From: Candidatus Peregrinibacteria bacterium
GTDB lineage: Bacteria; Patescibacteriota; Gracilibacteria; UBA1369; LOWO2-01-FULL-3
DNA: 46,031 nucleotides
Assembly: GCA_016206505.1 (NCBI GenBank)
Contig: JACQRJ010000024.1
Span: 1 to 46,031 of the forward strand
Direction of reading: 5' to 3'
Shown: piece after piece, positions 17,689 through 27,476 of the stretch
How the letters are laid out: each line of letters starts with the position of its first letter
Position numbering within the stretch: position 1 is the first letter of the stretch
The notes under the pieces: generated by a model
What the model was told of the DNA's origin: nothing
Database searches by the model: none
Seen by the model: only the letters and a program-made list of their open reading frames with translations
Position numbers and translations under genes: made by a program

Positions 17689-19091
17689 AAAATATTACAC
17701 TTAGTGACATTACCATTGGAGAAAATACGATTATTAAAGAAGCCATGAGGGTGATTGATCTACTCGGGCTGCGGCTTGTTTATATTGTTGATAAAGAAAA
17801 CAAACTGCTCGGAGTGGTAAGTGATAGCGAGATCAGGAAAGCCATCATCAAAGGTGTTGATATAAAAGAAAAAGTTACCGGCATATTAAATCCTGCTCCG
17901 CTTGTTTTGAAATCCGAAGATCTAAAAAACCCTTATCAAAGAAGCAGGATGGTGCGTGAATTGAGGAAAAAAATGCCTGGGAGCGAATACATCCTTGTGG
18001 TCGATAAAGATAATCATCCGACGGAATTGATCCCGCTAAAAAATCTTGATATTAAGCTGCTAAATGGAAAGCATAAAAATGGCGGCAACAATAAACATAT
18101 CCTCGTTGTCGGAGGTGCCGGTTATCTTGGCAGTGTTTTGACCGAAAAGCTTGTTGAAAGAGGCTACCGCGTAAGGATTTTGGATTTGCTGATGTACGGC
18201 GAAGAAAGTTTGAAAAACATTTCAAAGAATAAAAACGTGGAAGTCGTGAAAGATGATATGCGAAACATCTCCACCCTGGTAAAAGCGCTTGCGGATATTG
18301 ATGCAGTTGTAAATCTTGCGGCCCTGGTCGGAGATCCCATGTGCAAGGATAAGCCTGAAATGGCTATTGAAACGAACTATTTGGCAAACAAAGCTCTTGC
18401 CGACGCCGCAAAATATCATCAGATCAACAGATTCCTTTATGCATCAACATGCAGCGTTTATGGAGAATCCGATGACGATAAGGAGCTGGACGAAAATGCC
18501 TCTCTCAATCCGGTTTCTCTTTACGCAAGGTCCAAAATCCAATCTGAGGAAGCGCTTTTGGATCTTCAAGATGAAAATTTTGCACCGACAATCTTGAGAA
18601 TGAGCACTTTATATGGGCATTCACACAGGATGCGCTTCGATTTAGTGGTCAATACTATGACAAAAAACGCCGCGATCGATAAAAAAATCACCGTATTTGG
18701 CGGTGGTAAGCACTGGCGTCCACTGCTTCACGTAGAGGATGCGGCAGATGCTTATGTCAAATGTCTGGAGGCGCCATTATCAAAAGTGAAAGGCGAGATA
18801 TTCAACGTGGGCTCCAATCTGCAAAATTTTAGAATAATCGATATTGCCAATGCCGTTCATAAAATCATCCCCGATGCAGAGCTCTCTATCGAAGGTGAAA
18901 ATAACGATCCACGCAATTATGTTGTTTCATTTTCCAAGATAGAAAAAACGCTTGAATTCAAGGCCGTTCATTCGCTGGAATCATCAATTACCCGTATGCA
19001 CAGGGCTATTACACAGGGTGAAATCAAAGACACCAATGATCCATGTTATTATAATGTAAAATACAATTTTCATGCAAAAAGCGAAGAATAA
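17685..19091 (+). CDS. CBS-domain + NAD-dependent epimerase/dehydratase (extended SDR) fusion
   Basis: N-terminal CBS pair (LLGVVSDSEIRKAI), then GGAGYLGS, LAALVGDP, STCSVYG, YARSK and RMRFDLVVN. Confidence 0.88.
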   Translation: MKNITLSDITIGENTIIKEAMRVIDLLGLRLVYIVDKENKLLGVVSDSEIRKAIIKGVDIKEKVTGILNPAPLVLKSEDLKNPYQRSRMVRELRKKMPGSEYILVVDKDNHPTELIPLKNLDIKLLNGKHKNGGNNKHILVVGGAGYLGSVLTEKLVERGYRVRILDLLMYGEESLKNISKNKNVEVVKDDMRNISTLVKALADIDAVVNLAALVGDPMCKDKPEMAIETNYLANKALADAAKYHQINRFLYASTCSVYGESDDDKELDENASLNPVSLYARSKIQSEEALLDLQDENFAPTILRMSTLYGHSHRMRFDLVVNTMTKNAAIDKKITVFGGGKHWRPLLHVEDAADAYVKCLEAPLSKVKGEIFNVGSNLQNFRIIDIANAVHKIIPDAELSIEGENNDPRNYVVSFSKIEKTLEFKAVHSLESSITRMHRAITQGEIKDTNDPCYYNVKYNFHAKSEE

Positions 19092-20274
19092 AGCCAAAAA
19101 ACAACTCCCTGCCATTCTTGGAGGCCCTCCCGCATTTGAAAAAATCATACCGATTACCTGTCCGACAATTCCTTCAACCGCAGACCTTTTCAAAGAGTAC
19201 AAAAAGATTTTCAAAAGCGGCATGTTGACCAATGCCAGTTACGTGGAGGCCTTTGAGGAGGCAGTCCAAAAATATACGGGTGCAAAATATGCAATTGCTA
19301 CAAACAGTTGTACGAATGGCATGATGCTCACCATCAAGGCGCTTGGTTTAAAAGGCGAAGTTATTTTGCCAAGCTTTACTTTCCACGCTACTGCCCATGC
19401 GGCTGCCTGGAACGGCCTTAAGCTGGTCTTTGTAGATTGTGATCCGAAAACTTATAACATTGATCCCAAAAAAGTTGAGGCGGCAATCACTCCTCAAACC
19501 TGCGCAATCATGGCAGTATATATTTTTGGTAATCCGCCCGATATTGAAAGCCTGGAAAAAGTCGCCAAAAAACACAAATTGAAATTGATTCTTGATGCCG
19601 CGCACGGCTTTGGAACAAAATATCAGGGGAAATCGGCGGGAGGCTTTGGCGACGCTGAATCCTTCAGTCTCAGTCCCACAAAATTGCTGACTTCCGGTGA
19701 AGGAGGTCTTGTGACAACAAATGATCCCGACCTGGCTCGCAAATTAAAAACCGGAAGAAACTATGGTGATCCCGGCACTTATGACAGCGAATTTTCCGGA
19801 TTTAATGCCCGCATGAGTGAATTGCATGCCGCCCTGGGTCTCACGAGTTTAAAAGTTCTCACAAAGAATGTGCAAAGAAGAAATCAGATGGTGACACTTT
19901 ACAAAAAATTGCTTTCGCAAATCCCCGGCATCGACTTTCAGCAAATCGAAAAAGGAAATATCAGCAGCTACAAAGATTTCTCTATTCTTATTGATGCAAA
20001 GGCATTCGGCCTTTCCCGCGACCAGGCATATCAGGCCCTAAATAAAGAAAACATCATGGTAAAGAAATATTTTTACCCTGCGGTTCACAATCAGATTGCC
20101 TTTAGGGGCTACCCAAAAAGAGATACCGGACTCAAAAATACTAATTTCATAGCTGAAAATTCTTTGAGCCTTCCTTTATTTTCCCATATTACTGAAGCAC
20201 AAATCAGGAAGATTGTAAAAACAGTGGAAGTCCTGCATGTAAATGCCAATGCCATAAAAAAAAATCTCAAATAG
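19072..20274 (+). CDS. DegT/DnrJ/EryC1/StrS aminotransferase, copy 2
   Basis: PSFTFHAT, LDAAHGFG, SLSPTKLLTSGEGG and NARMSE. Confidence 0.92.
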   Translation: MQKAKNKAKKQLPAILGGPPAFEKIIPITCPTIPSTADLFKEYKKIFKSGMLTNASYVEAFEEAVQKYTGAKYAIATNSCTNGMMLTIKALGLKGEVILPSFTFHATAHAAAWNGLKLVFVDCDPKTYNIDPKKVEAAITPQTCAIMAVYIFGNPPDIESLEKVAKKHKLKLILDAAHGFGTKYQGKSAGGFGDAESFSLSPTKLLTSGEGGLVTTNDPDLARKLKTGRNYGDPGTYDSEFSGFNARMSELHAALGLTSLKVLTKNVQRRNQMVTLYKKLLSQIPGIDFQQIEKGNISSYKDFSILIDAKAFGLSRDQAYQALNKENIMVKKYFYPAVHNQIAFRGYPKRDTGLKNTNFIAENSLSLPLFSHITEAQIRKIVKTVEVLHVNANAIKKNLK

Positions 20275-20275
20275 G

Positions 20276-21955
20276 TCATTTCTGACAGCACAAAATCAAT
20301 TCACTGCCCAGATTATTCCGGCGCAACCAATCAAGATGTTGATCAAGAACAGCCTCATTTTTTAGAAAGTCATTTATTATCTCAGCTTCTGCTCTGGCAG
20401 CCATGGAGGAACTACATTCCGCTCCATACTTATACCAACGATCTTTTGTTTTCATGCCAACGCATTCATGATGTTCCGCAATTATTTTAAATCCGCATTT
20501 CGCCAGGATCGGTTCAAGCACTTTTCTGGAAAATATGGAAATATGCTCGCCTGGAGTAATCGCCCAAAAATCAAGCGCGTGACAATAAGGATTATCAAAA
20601 TCCGGCGTAGAAAAGACATAAATCCCCCCTTCCTTCAGAGACTTATAGATTTTGTTGAAATAATCCTCAAGTTTTTCAAGTGGCAAATGCTCTATCACTT
20701 CCCAATTAGTCACCAGATCAAGCTCCACATTTCCAAAGGATTCATTGAGAAAATCCGACTGTTTCATGTCTATCCGAAAAGGAGCCAAACCATTCTCAAT
20801 CAATGGAGAAATGCGATAATCCCAAAGCATTATCTGAAAATCCGGAAAATTTTGCCTCAAAAAAACCACAAACTCCCCATCCCCTCCGCCAAGATCAAGG
20901 ACTTTGGCATTGGAACTAAGCTTTTTAATATATGGCAAAGCTGCGACATAATTGTAAAAATGACTGGTATTTAAATGGTTCAAATTTTCATAATGAACCC
21001 TTAGAGTTTCGTCAGTCCATTCGGAAGCATCATAAGAATATCTATCATAATAACGCCAAAGTTCCTTTTCCGGCATCCGCGGATTAACAAAAACAAGCCC
21101 GCATTCATGACACAAAAAATAATATTCGGAAAAACGCGTCAAAAATCCTGTTAAAGGCTGGGAAACATCGGCATATACCGGACTGGTTGCTTTTGGGGGT
21201 TCTGAAAAAGTACCAGATACAAGGCGGCAGGAAAAGTCCGACCGCAGTGTACTGGCTTGTACAAGAGGATCGGACTTTTCCGACAACGCGGTAGATGGTA
21301 CTTTTTCAGAACCCTCTTTTGCACCGCAGAGAGGACAGGCTTCAAGATATTCCAGCCGGACATCTTCGCCATAGGCCAAAATAAATTCCGTCCCTTCCTT
21401 GCCACTGAAAAAATCCAAAATATCCTCGACGCTTTTCAGATGCAGATCTGCAATTTTTTCCACCAAAGCCCTGAAAATTTTCACTCTTCGCAGCCTTGCT
21501 AAATTTAGCTGTGAATTGTACTTACGCTGTAATACAGAATGAACGTAATATGTCTTGGAACCATCGCCAAAAACACCGGCCTTTGAAACAAGGCTGACCG
21601 CCGTACCCGGCACCGCACCTTTGGCTTCAATCCTCACATTTCTTGCTGCAGCTTCTTCAATCATCGTTCTTAGCAAAGGCAAATCCAAAAGTGGATTTAT
21701 CAAGGGAGTGATTACCATTATCTGTTCAGGGTCTTCTGCGTTGGCAATAAGCTTTTCATCATCATCCGCCCCCATTTGCTGAAATCCCAATGAATAATCG
21801 GAGAAAAAATGCTCCAGCCTCTTTTGTATAAACTGAAATAAAAATTGATCAAACTGCTCCGCCTCAAGGTGCTGACTGCTTCTGCAATAAATTTTCAATC
21901 GCTTCAACATAGAATGGTCAAATACTACTTTGGTAAGAAAATTTGTCCAGCTCAT
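20276..21955 (-). CDS. Class I SAM-dependent methyltransferase with a zinc ribbon and an N-terminal extra domain; contains an in-frame 42-aa repeat insertion
   Basis: CPLCG...CHECGLVFVNPR, VLDLGGGDG, WEVIEHLP, LKEGG and FSTPD. Confidence 0.85.
   Translation of the reverse strand: MSWTNFLTKVVFDHSMLKRLKIYCRSSQHLEAEQFDQFLFQFIQKRLEHFFSDYSLGFQQMGADDDEKLIANAEDPEQIMVITPLINPLLDLPLLRTMIEEAAARNVRIEAKGAVPGTAVSLVSKAGVFGDGSKTYYVHSVLQRKYNSQLNLARLRRVKIFRALVEKIADLHLKSVEDILDFFSGKEGTEFILAYGEDVRLEYLEACPLCGAKEGSEKVPSTALSEKSDPLVQASTLRSDFSCRLVSGTFSEPPKATSPVYADVSQPLTGFLTRFSEYYFLCHECGLVFVNPRMPEKELWRYYDRYSYDASEWTDETLRVHYENLNHLNTSHFYNYVAALPYIKKLSSNAKVLDLGGGDGEFVVFLRQNFPDFQIMLWDYRISPLIENGLAPFRIDMKQSDFLNESFGNVELDLVTNWEVIEHLPLEKLEDYFNKIYKSLKEGGIYVFSTPDFDNPYCHALDFWAITPGEHISIFSRKVLEPILAKCGFKIIAEHHECVGMKTKDRWYKYGAECSSSMAARAEAEIINDFLKNEAVLDQHLDWLRRNNLGSELILCCQK
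21195..21316. mobile_element. 122-bp palindromic MITE-like element with 4-bp TSD (TTTT), in frame in the methyltransferase gene
   Basis: Perfect 19-bp IR at 21197-21215 / 21296-21314. Inner 12-bp IR at 21230-21241 / 21270-21281. Apical TGTAC/GTACA hairpin. TTTT at 21191-94 and 21317-20. Confidence 0.9.
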
Positions 21956-21983
21956 TTTTCAGCATATATAAGCGAACGTCGGC

Positions 21984-22012
21984 TTGCTTCGCGGTGAACA
22001 TTTCTTTAGAAT
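21984..22012 (+). promoter_or_regulatory. Putative sigma70 promoter for the downstream operon
   Basis: TTGCTT (21984-89), 17 bp, TAGAAT (22007-12), in a divergent intergenic region. Confidence 0.5.
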
Positions 22013-22037
22013 TAGCCCGCTTAAACCAGAAATATTT

Positions 22038-22955
22038 ATGGCGAAACAGACAAAAGTCATGGTTACCGGTGCGGGCGGTTTTATAGGAGCGGAAATCTGT
22101 GATTTATTACTCAAAAAAGGGCTTAGGGTTTATGGCACGTATCATACTGATGCCAAAAGACTGAATCGGTTCAAAAAAAACAAGAATTTCAAAGCCTCAT
22201 CGCTGGATATCACTCATGCTGATTTGCTCAATCGTTTGATCAAAAAAATAAAACCACAAGCGGTATTTCATACCGCCGCCGCTCTCCCTGGCAAAGAAAT
22301 TGATGCGCAACTACTTTTCGGCAGCAACGTTCTTGGCACTTTAAACCTGCTTGAAGCCTGCCGCCTCAACAATGTCAAAAAATTCATTCATAGCTCTTCC
22401 ATGAGCATTTATGGCACAAACCCTAAATATCTCCCCGTTGACGAAAAACATCCGGCAAACCCCTACGATTTTTACAGCCTCAGCAAAAAAGCAGCCGAAG
22501 ATTTATGTGGATTTTACGCACAAAATTATAATTTGAATATTGTAATTTTGAGATATTCGGGCGTTTTCGGCCCAAGTCGCACTTCCGGCGCCGTCGGCCA
22601 ATTCATTCTCAATTCCCTTAAAGACAAGCCCCTAAACATAAATAACAATATCAGTTGGGACATAGTCGATGTTACGGATATTGCCAAAGCCAACTTCCTT
22701 GCTTATCAAAAAGCGGAAAAATTAAAGTATTCGGTAATAAATATCGGCCGGGGCCTGGATATCAATATTCTGGATCTGGCCAAAAAAATTCTCACACTGA
22801 GCAAATCAAAGTCGCAAATAAAGATCGGCCCCTCTTTCAATAAAAAGCCCTATCGCTTCTATTTTGATATTAAAAAAGCGGCAAAAATGTTAAATTTCAA
22901 ACCCGGCAGCCTTGATAGCAGCCTTAAGAAATACATCGATACTCTTAAAACATGA
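22038..22955 (+). CDS. NAD-dependent epimerase/dehydratase
   Basis: VTGAGGFIG, SSSMSIYG, YSLSK and LRYSGVFGP. Start moved to ATG 22038. Confidence 0.9.
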   Translation: MAKQTKVMVTGAGGFIGAEICDLLLKKGLRVYGTYHTDAKRLNRFKKNKNFKASSLDITHADLLNRLIKKIKPQAVFHTAAALPGKEIDAQLLFGSNVLGTLNLLEACRLNNVKKFIHSSSMSIYGTNPKYLPVDEKHPANPYDFYSLSKKAAEDLCGFYAQNYNLNIVILRYSGVFGPSRTSGAVGQFILNSLKDKPLNINNNISWDIVDVTDIAKANFLAYQKAEKLKYSVINIGRGLDINILDLAKKILTLSKSKSQIKIGPSFNKKPYRFYFDIKKAAKMLNFKPGSLDSSLKKYIDTLKT

Positions 22956-23650
22956 TCGTTACAATCCACCAACCGGAATATCTGCCTTATCTCGGCTTCT
23001 TTGACCGGATTATAGAGTCTGATGTTTTTGTAATACTGGATCATGTTCAATTCCAGAAAAGCGGTTTTATACATCGCAACAAAATCAAAACCCACAACGG
23101 CTGGCGCTGGCTGACAGTAACAGTGGATTCTAAAATGAAAAACATGCCGATCAACACTGTAAAAATCAAAAATGAATCCGGCTGGAGCAGTGAGCATTAT
23201 AAATTGCTAAAAATTTATTACCAAAAAGCGCCTTTTTTTGAACAATATGAGCAACTGCTACAGGATATTTATAATCGTGAATGGGAATACATAGTTGATT
23301 TGGACATATATTTACTTGAGCGCCTTTTGGCAGTGCTTGGAATCAAAACGAAACTTTACAGATCATCAGAATTAGACCTGGCAAAAGAATCGGAAGACTG
23401 GAATATTGATATTTGTAAGAAATTAAACGGAAATACATATTTATCCGGGCCCGGTGGCAAATTATATATGGATATGGAAAAATACAAAAAGGCAGATATA
23501 AAAACCACGTTCAGAGATTTTATCCACCCTGAATACAATCAATTATATATGAATGAATCAGGATTTGTGCCCTACATGTCTATTCTCGACTTATTATTGA
23601 ATCACGGAGAAGGGAGCCTTAAAATAATTCAAAAATCATGCGCAAAATAG
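22952..23650 (+). CDS. WbqC-family protein
   Basis: IHQPEYLPYLGFF, LDHVQF, RNKI, YLSGPGGKLY and SILDLL. Confidence 0.92.
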   Translation: MIVTIHQPEYLPYLGFFDRIIESDVFVILDHVQFQKSGFIHRNKIKTHNGWRWLTVTVDSKMKNMPINTVKIKNESGWSSEHYKLLKIYYQKAPFFEQYEQLLQDIYNREWEYIVDLDIYLLERLLAVLGIKTKLYRSSELDLAKESEDWNIDICKKLNGNTYLSGPGGKLYMDMEKYKKADIKTTFRDFIHPEYNQLYMNESGFVPYMSILDLLLNHGEGSLKIIQKSCAK

Positions 23651-24789
23651 CAGTTATCACTGGCATCAGGGCGGACTATGGAATCATCTATCCGGTCATC
23701 AAAGAGATACAAAAACACAGGGACCTGAAACTTGAATTGATTGTGGCAGGTACGCATTTGTCTCATGAATTCGGCTATACAATCAAAGAAATTGAAAACG
23801 ACAAATTCAAAGTTGCAGCAAAAGTTGACATGCTTTTGAGCGATAACACTGGCGCAAGAATGGGAAAATCAATAGGTGTCGGCATTTTGGGATTTACGCA
23901 GACTTTTGAAATTTTGAAACCGGATATTACTTTACTCATAGGGGATCGGGAAGAAATGCTGGCCGCCGCAGTAGCCTCTCTATGCATGGATATTCCGGTT
24001 GCACACATCCACGGTGGCGAAATTGGAACCGGAGGACACATTGATGAATCCGTACGGCACGCCATTACCAAATTTGCACATATTCATTTTGCTGTTACAA
24101 AGAAAAGCGCAGAAAGAATAAACAGGCTTGGTGAAGAAAACTGGAGAGTGCACTTTGTGGGAGCGCCATTTATGGATAATATCAAGCAAAAAAGATTTAC
24201 CGGATCAAACGAACTTAAAAAAAAAATCGACCTAGATCTTTCAGAACCCCTGATTGTTGTAATTCAGCACCCATTAACGCTGGAGTCAAAGAATTCAAAA
24301 ACCCACATGCAGATAACAATGGAAGCCGTTGCACATTTCAGATTACCGACAATAGTGATTTATCCGAATGCCGATGCCGGCAGTCAGGATATTATTCAGG
24401 TAATTAAACAATATGAAAGATACCCATACATTAAAGTTTTTAAAAATTTTACACCCCGGGATTATCTGGGAATACTCAAAATCGCCGGCGTTGTTGTGGG
24501 CAATTCAAGTTCAGGCATAATCGAAACTCCGGCTTTCGGATTGCCCGCCGTCAACATTGGAATACGCCAGCTTGGAAGAGAAATGTCTGAAAATATAATA
24601 AATGTAGGGTATGACAAAAAAGAGATTGAAAACGCTATAAGGCAATCGCTTTTCAACGAAGCCTTCAGAGTAAAGGCAAAAAATTGCCAAAATTTTTACG
24701 GTACCGGCGGTTCATCACAAAAAATAGTTAAAATTCTTGCCGACATAATCCTTGATAGCAAGCTATTACATAAAAAAATGACTTTTTAA
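23638..24789 (+). CDS. neuC: UDP-N-acetylglucosamine/UDP-diNAcBac 2-epimerase (hydrolysing), copy 2
   Basis: GIRADYG, GDREE, HIHGGE, DESVRHAITKFAHIHF, GNSSSGIIE and IGIRQLGR. Confidence 0.92.
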   Translation: MRKIAVITGIRADYGIIYPVIKEIQKHRDLKLELIVAGTHLSHEFGYTIKEIENDKFKVAAKVDMLLSDNTGARMGKSIGVGILGFTQTFEILKPDITLLIGDREEMLAAAVASLCMDIPVAHIHGGEIGTGGHIDESVRHAITKFAHIHFAVTKKSAERINRLGEENWRVHFVGAPFMDNIKQKRFTGSNELKKKIDLDLSEPLIVVIQHPLTLESKNSKTHMQITMEAVAHFRLPTIVIYPNADAGSQDIIQVIKQYERYPYIKVFKNFTPRDYLGILKIAGVVVGNSSSGIIETPAFGLPAVNIGIRQLGREMSENIINVGYDKKEIENAIRQSLFNEAFRVKAKNCQNFYGTGGSSQKIVKILADIILDSKLLHKKMTF

Positions 24790-24793
24790 AATC

Positions 24794-25918
24794 ATGGGGA
24801 AAAATCAACTTATACCATTAACAAGGCCTACACTGCCAAAAATTGAAAGCCTGACGGACAAAATTGCAGAAATTCTTAAGAGCGGCATGATAACAGACAG
24901 TAAATACGTCCGCCTTTTTGAAGAAGAGTGTGCGAAATATCTTGGCGTAAAATACGCAGTAGCAGTCAGTTGTGGTACAGATGCACTAATGATGGTACTG
25001 AAATGTCTCGACATAAAAGGTGAAGTTATTTTGCCCAGTTTCACTTATTCTTCAGGAGGACATGCTCTTTTATTGTCGCGTATCAAGCCTGTTTTTGTGG
25101 ATATTGAGGAAGAAACATTCAATCTCGATCCAAAAAAGATTGAAGCGAAAATTACAGGTAATACTGCAGCAATTATGCCTACTCATGTCTTTGGCAATCC
25201 ATGCGACATAGACAGAATTGAGGCTATTGGCCGTAAAAATAACCTCAAAATTATTTATGATGGAGCACACGCATTCGGTTCGTTATACAAAAATAAATCT
25301 GTAGCGAAATTCGGTGATGCAACGATCTACAGCTTCACGCCAACGAAAGTCCTTACAAGCGGAGAGGGCGGACTCGTCGTCACCGATGATAGAGAACTTG
25401 ATCGAAAACTTCGATTGGCAAAGTTAAACGGAGACAGTTTTAACCGTGATGAAGAATTTCTGGGATTCACGGCCCGTATGAGCGAATTACAGGCTATCCT
25501 TGGACTTGAGTCTTTAAAATTGCTTGATAAATCGCTACAAAAAAGATTCAAAATCATTGATTACTTTAAAAAAGTCATCAATTCTCTTGATGGCATCAGC
25601 TACCAAAAAATCGCACCGTCCTCAAAATCTGTCTACAAAGATTTTGCTATCATCATTGACGATAAAAAGACCGGATTTACCAGAAATGAGCTGCTTGCCG
25701 AATTCAAAAAAAACAATATCCAGTCCAAAGTCTACTTTGATCCTCCATTGCACAAAAAAAACGTATACGCAGCTTACAAATCACTGATACTGCCCAACAC
25801 CGACTATGTCTCAAGCCACATTCTGAGCCTACCGCTCTATTCGCACATGCCTCTATCTGAAGTGAAACGAGTTATCAAAGTTATTGTCAGATTATTCAAT
25901 AAAAACAAGAAAATATGA
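24794..25918 (+). CDS. DegT/DnrJ/EryC1/StrS aminotransferase, copy 3
   Basis: THVFGNPCD, YDGAHAFG, SFTPTKVLTSGEGG and ARMSELQA. Confidence 0.92.
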   Translation: MGKNQLIPLTRPTLPKIESLTDKIAEILKSGMITDSKYVRLFEEECAKYLGVKYAVAVSCGTDALMMVLKCLDIKGEVILPSFTYSSGGHALLLSRIKPVFVDIEEETFNLDPKKIEAKITGNTAAIMPTHVFGNPCDIDRIEAIGRKNNLKIIYDGAHAFGSLYKNKSVAKFGDATIYSFTPTKVLTSGEGGLVVTDDRELDRKLRLAKLNGDSFNRDEEFLGFTARMSELQAILGLESLKLLDKSLQKRFKIIDYFKKVINSLDGISYQKIAPSSKSVYKDFAIIIDDKKTGFTRNELLAEFKKNNIQSKVYFDPPLHKKNVYAAYKSLILPNTDYVSSHILSLPLYSHMPLSEVKRVIKVIVRLFNKNKKI

Positions 25919-26577
25919 AAGTTATCGTAATTGCTCCTCATGCCGACGATGAAACTTTAGGCTGTGGTGGAACTCTGCTCAAACATCGGGAACAAGGCGA
26001 TGAAATTTATTGGGTCATCATCACCACTCCCACTAAAGAATTCGGATATTCAAAAGAGCAATTGGAAAAAAGAGGAGAAGAAATAAAGGCGGTATCGCAA
26101 GCTTATGGATTCAGTGAAGTTGTTGAATTTAACTTACCTGTAACCAAAATAGATTTGCTCTACACCAGAGATCTGGTCTTAAAAATCAGAGAAGCTTTTG
26201 AAAAAATAAAACCGGAAATCGTCTACATTCCATTTTCACATGATGCTCACTCCGACCACAGAAAAACTTTCAGTGCCGCTCTCAATTGCATCAAGACTTT
26301 CAGATTCCCTTACATTAAGAAAATCTTCATGATGGAGATAATCAGCGAGACCGAATTTGCCGCACCAAATGATGCTGCTTTCGCGCCAAATTACTTTGTG
26401 GATATCACAAATTACATTGACAAAAAAACAGCGATCATGAAACTATACGAAAGCGAAGTTGATAAGAGACCTGCGCCTCGCAGCCTTGAAAATATTGAGG
26501 CCTTAGCCACCTTTCGCGGTTCGACGGCAAATTGTCAATATGCGGAAAGCTTTATGCTCTTAAAAGAAATATGGTAA
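25915..26577 (+). CDS. PIG-L/LmbE-family de-N-acetylase
   Basis: APHADDETLGCGGTL, DAHSDH, SETEF and ALATFRG. Confidence 0.9.
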   Translation: MKVIVIAPHADDETLGCGGTLLKHREQGDEIYWVIITTPTKEFGYSKEQLEKRGEEIKAVSQAYGFSEVVEFNLPVTKIDLLYTRDLVLKIREAFEKIKPEIVYIPFSHDAHSDHRKTFSAALNCIKTFRFPYIKKIFMMEIISETEFAAPNDAAFAPNYFVDITNYIDKKTAIMKLYESEVDKRPAPRSLENIEALATFRGSTANCQYAESFMLLKEIW

Positions 26578-27476
26578 ATCCAAAATTACTCAAGACATTC
26601 AAGGGCAAAAAAATCCTGGTCACTGGCGGAACAGGCTCAATTGGCAGTGAAATTGTGCGTCAGCTCCTCCAATTTGAACCCGCACAGATAAGAGTTTATT
26701 CGCGCGACGAGAGTAAGCATTTTTTCTTTCAGAAAGAACTGGAAAAAATTACTCACACATGCGAAGTACGCAACTTGATTGGAGATATCAGAGACAAGGA
26801 AAGGCTGGATAAAGCCATGGGCGGTATCGATATTGTTTTCCATGCTGCCGCGCTTAAACACGTTCCATTCTGTGAATACAATCCTTTTGAAGCGGTCAAG
26901 ACCAATGTCAACGGCACTCAAAACATCATTGATAGCGCTTTACAGCACAATGTCGAAAAAGTTATCGCTATTTCTTCAGACAAAGCCGTGTATCCATCGT
27001 CAATTATGGGCATTACCAAGCTATTGATGGAACGCATGATTATCAATGCCAATTACTACCTCGGCGAATCAAAAACTCAATTTTCCGCAGTTAGATTCGG
27101 CAATGTTTTACATTCCAGAGGATCTGTAATCCCCTTATGGATACATCAAATCCAAAATGGAGACCCGGTAACGGTAACCGATAAAAAGATGAAGCGATAT
27201 TTTATGTCTATTGCTGATGCGGTGAAGCTGGTCTTTATTGCCACTGCCAATATGAGCGGACGTGAGATTTTCGTTCTCAAGATGAAACAGAGAAATATCT
27301 ACAATCTGGCAAAAGAGGTAATTGCAAAATACAATCAGGGTCGAAAAAACGTTTCCATAAAAATAACCGGAGCCAGAGAAAGGGAAAAAATCTCCGAAAA
27401 GCTTTTTACCAAAGAAGAGCAAAGTATGATGGTGGAGAAAAAATCATATTATGTTGTTTATCCTGAAAAAGAATGA
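26571..27476 (+). CDS. UDP-N-acetylglucosamine 4,6-dehydratase family (polysaccharide biosynthesis protein)
   Basis: TGGTGSIG, SRDESK, HAAALKHVP, SSDKA and VRFGNVLHSRGSVIP. Start moved to ATG 26571. Confidence 0.9.
   Translation: MVNPKLLKTFKGKKILVTGGTGSIGSEIVRQLLQFEPAQIRVYSRDESKHFFFQKELEKITHTCEVRNLIGDIRDKERLDKAMGGIDIVFHAAALKHVPFCEYNPFEAVKTNVNGTQNIIDSALQHNVEKVIAISSDKAVYPSSIMGITKLLMERMIINANYYLGESKTQFSAVRFGNVLHSRGSVIPLWIHQIQNGDPVTVTDKKMKRYFMSIADAVKLVFIATANMSGREIFVLKMKQRNIYNLAKEVIAKYNQGRKNVSIKITGAREREKISEKLFTKEEQSMMVEKKSYYVVYPEKE

Noticed and set aside
21195-21316. The 42-aa inserts as inteins, introns or CRISPR repeats
   Set aside because: They lack intein terminal residues (C/S...HN), are too short for group I/II introns, and are dispersed with TSDs rather than arrayed with spacers.
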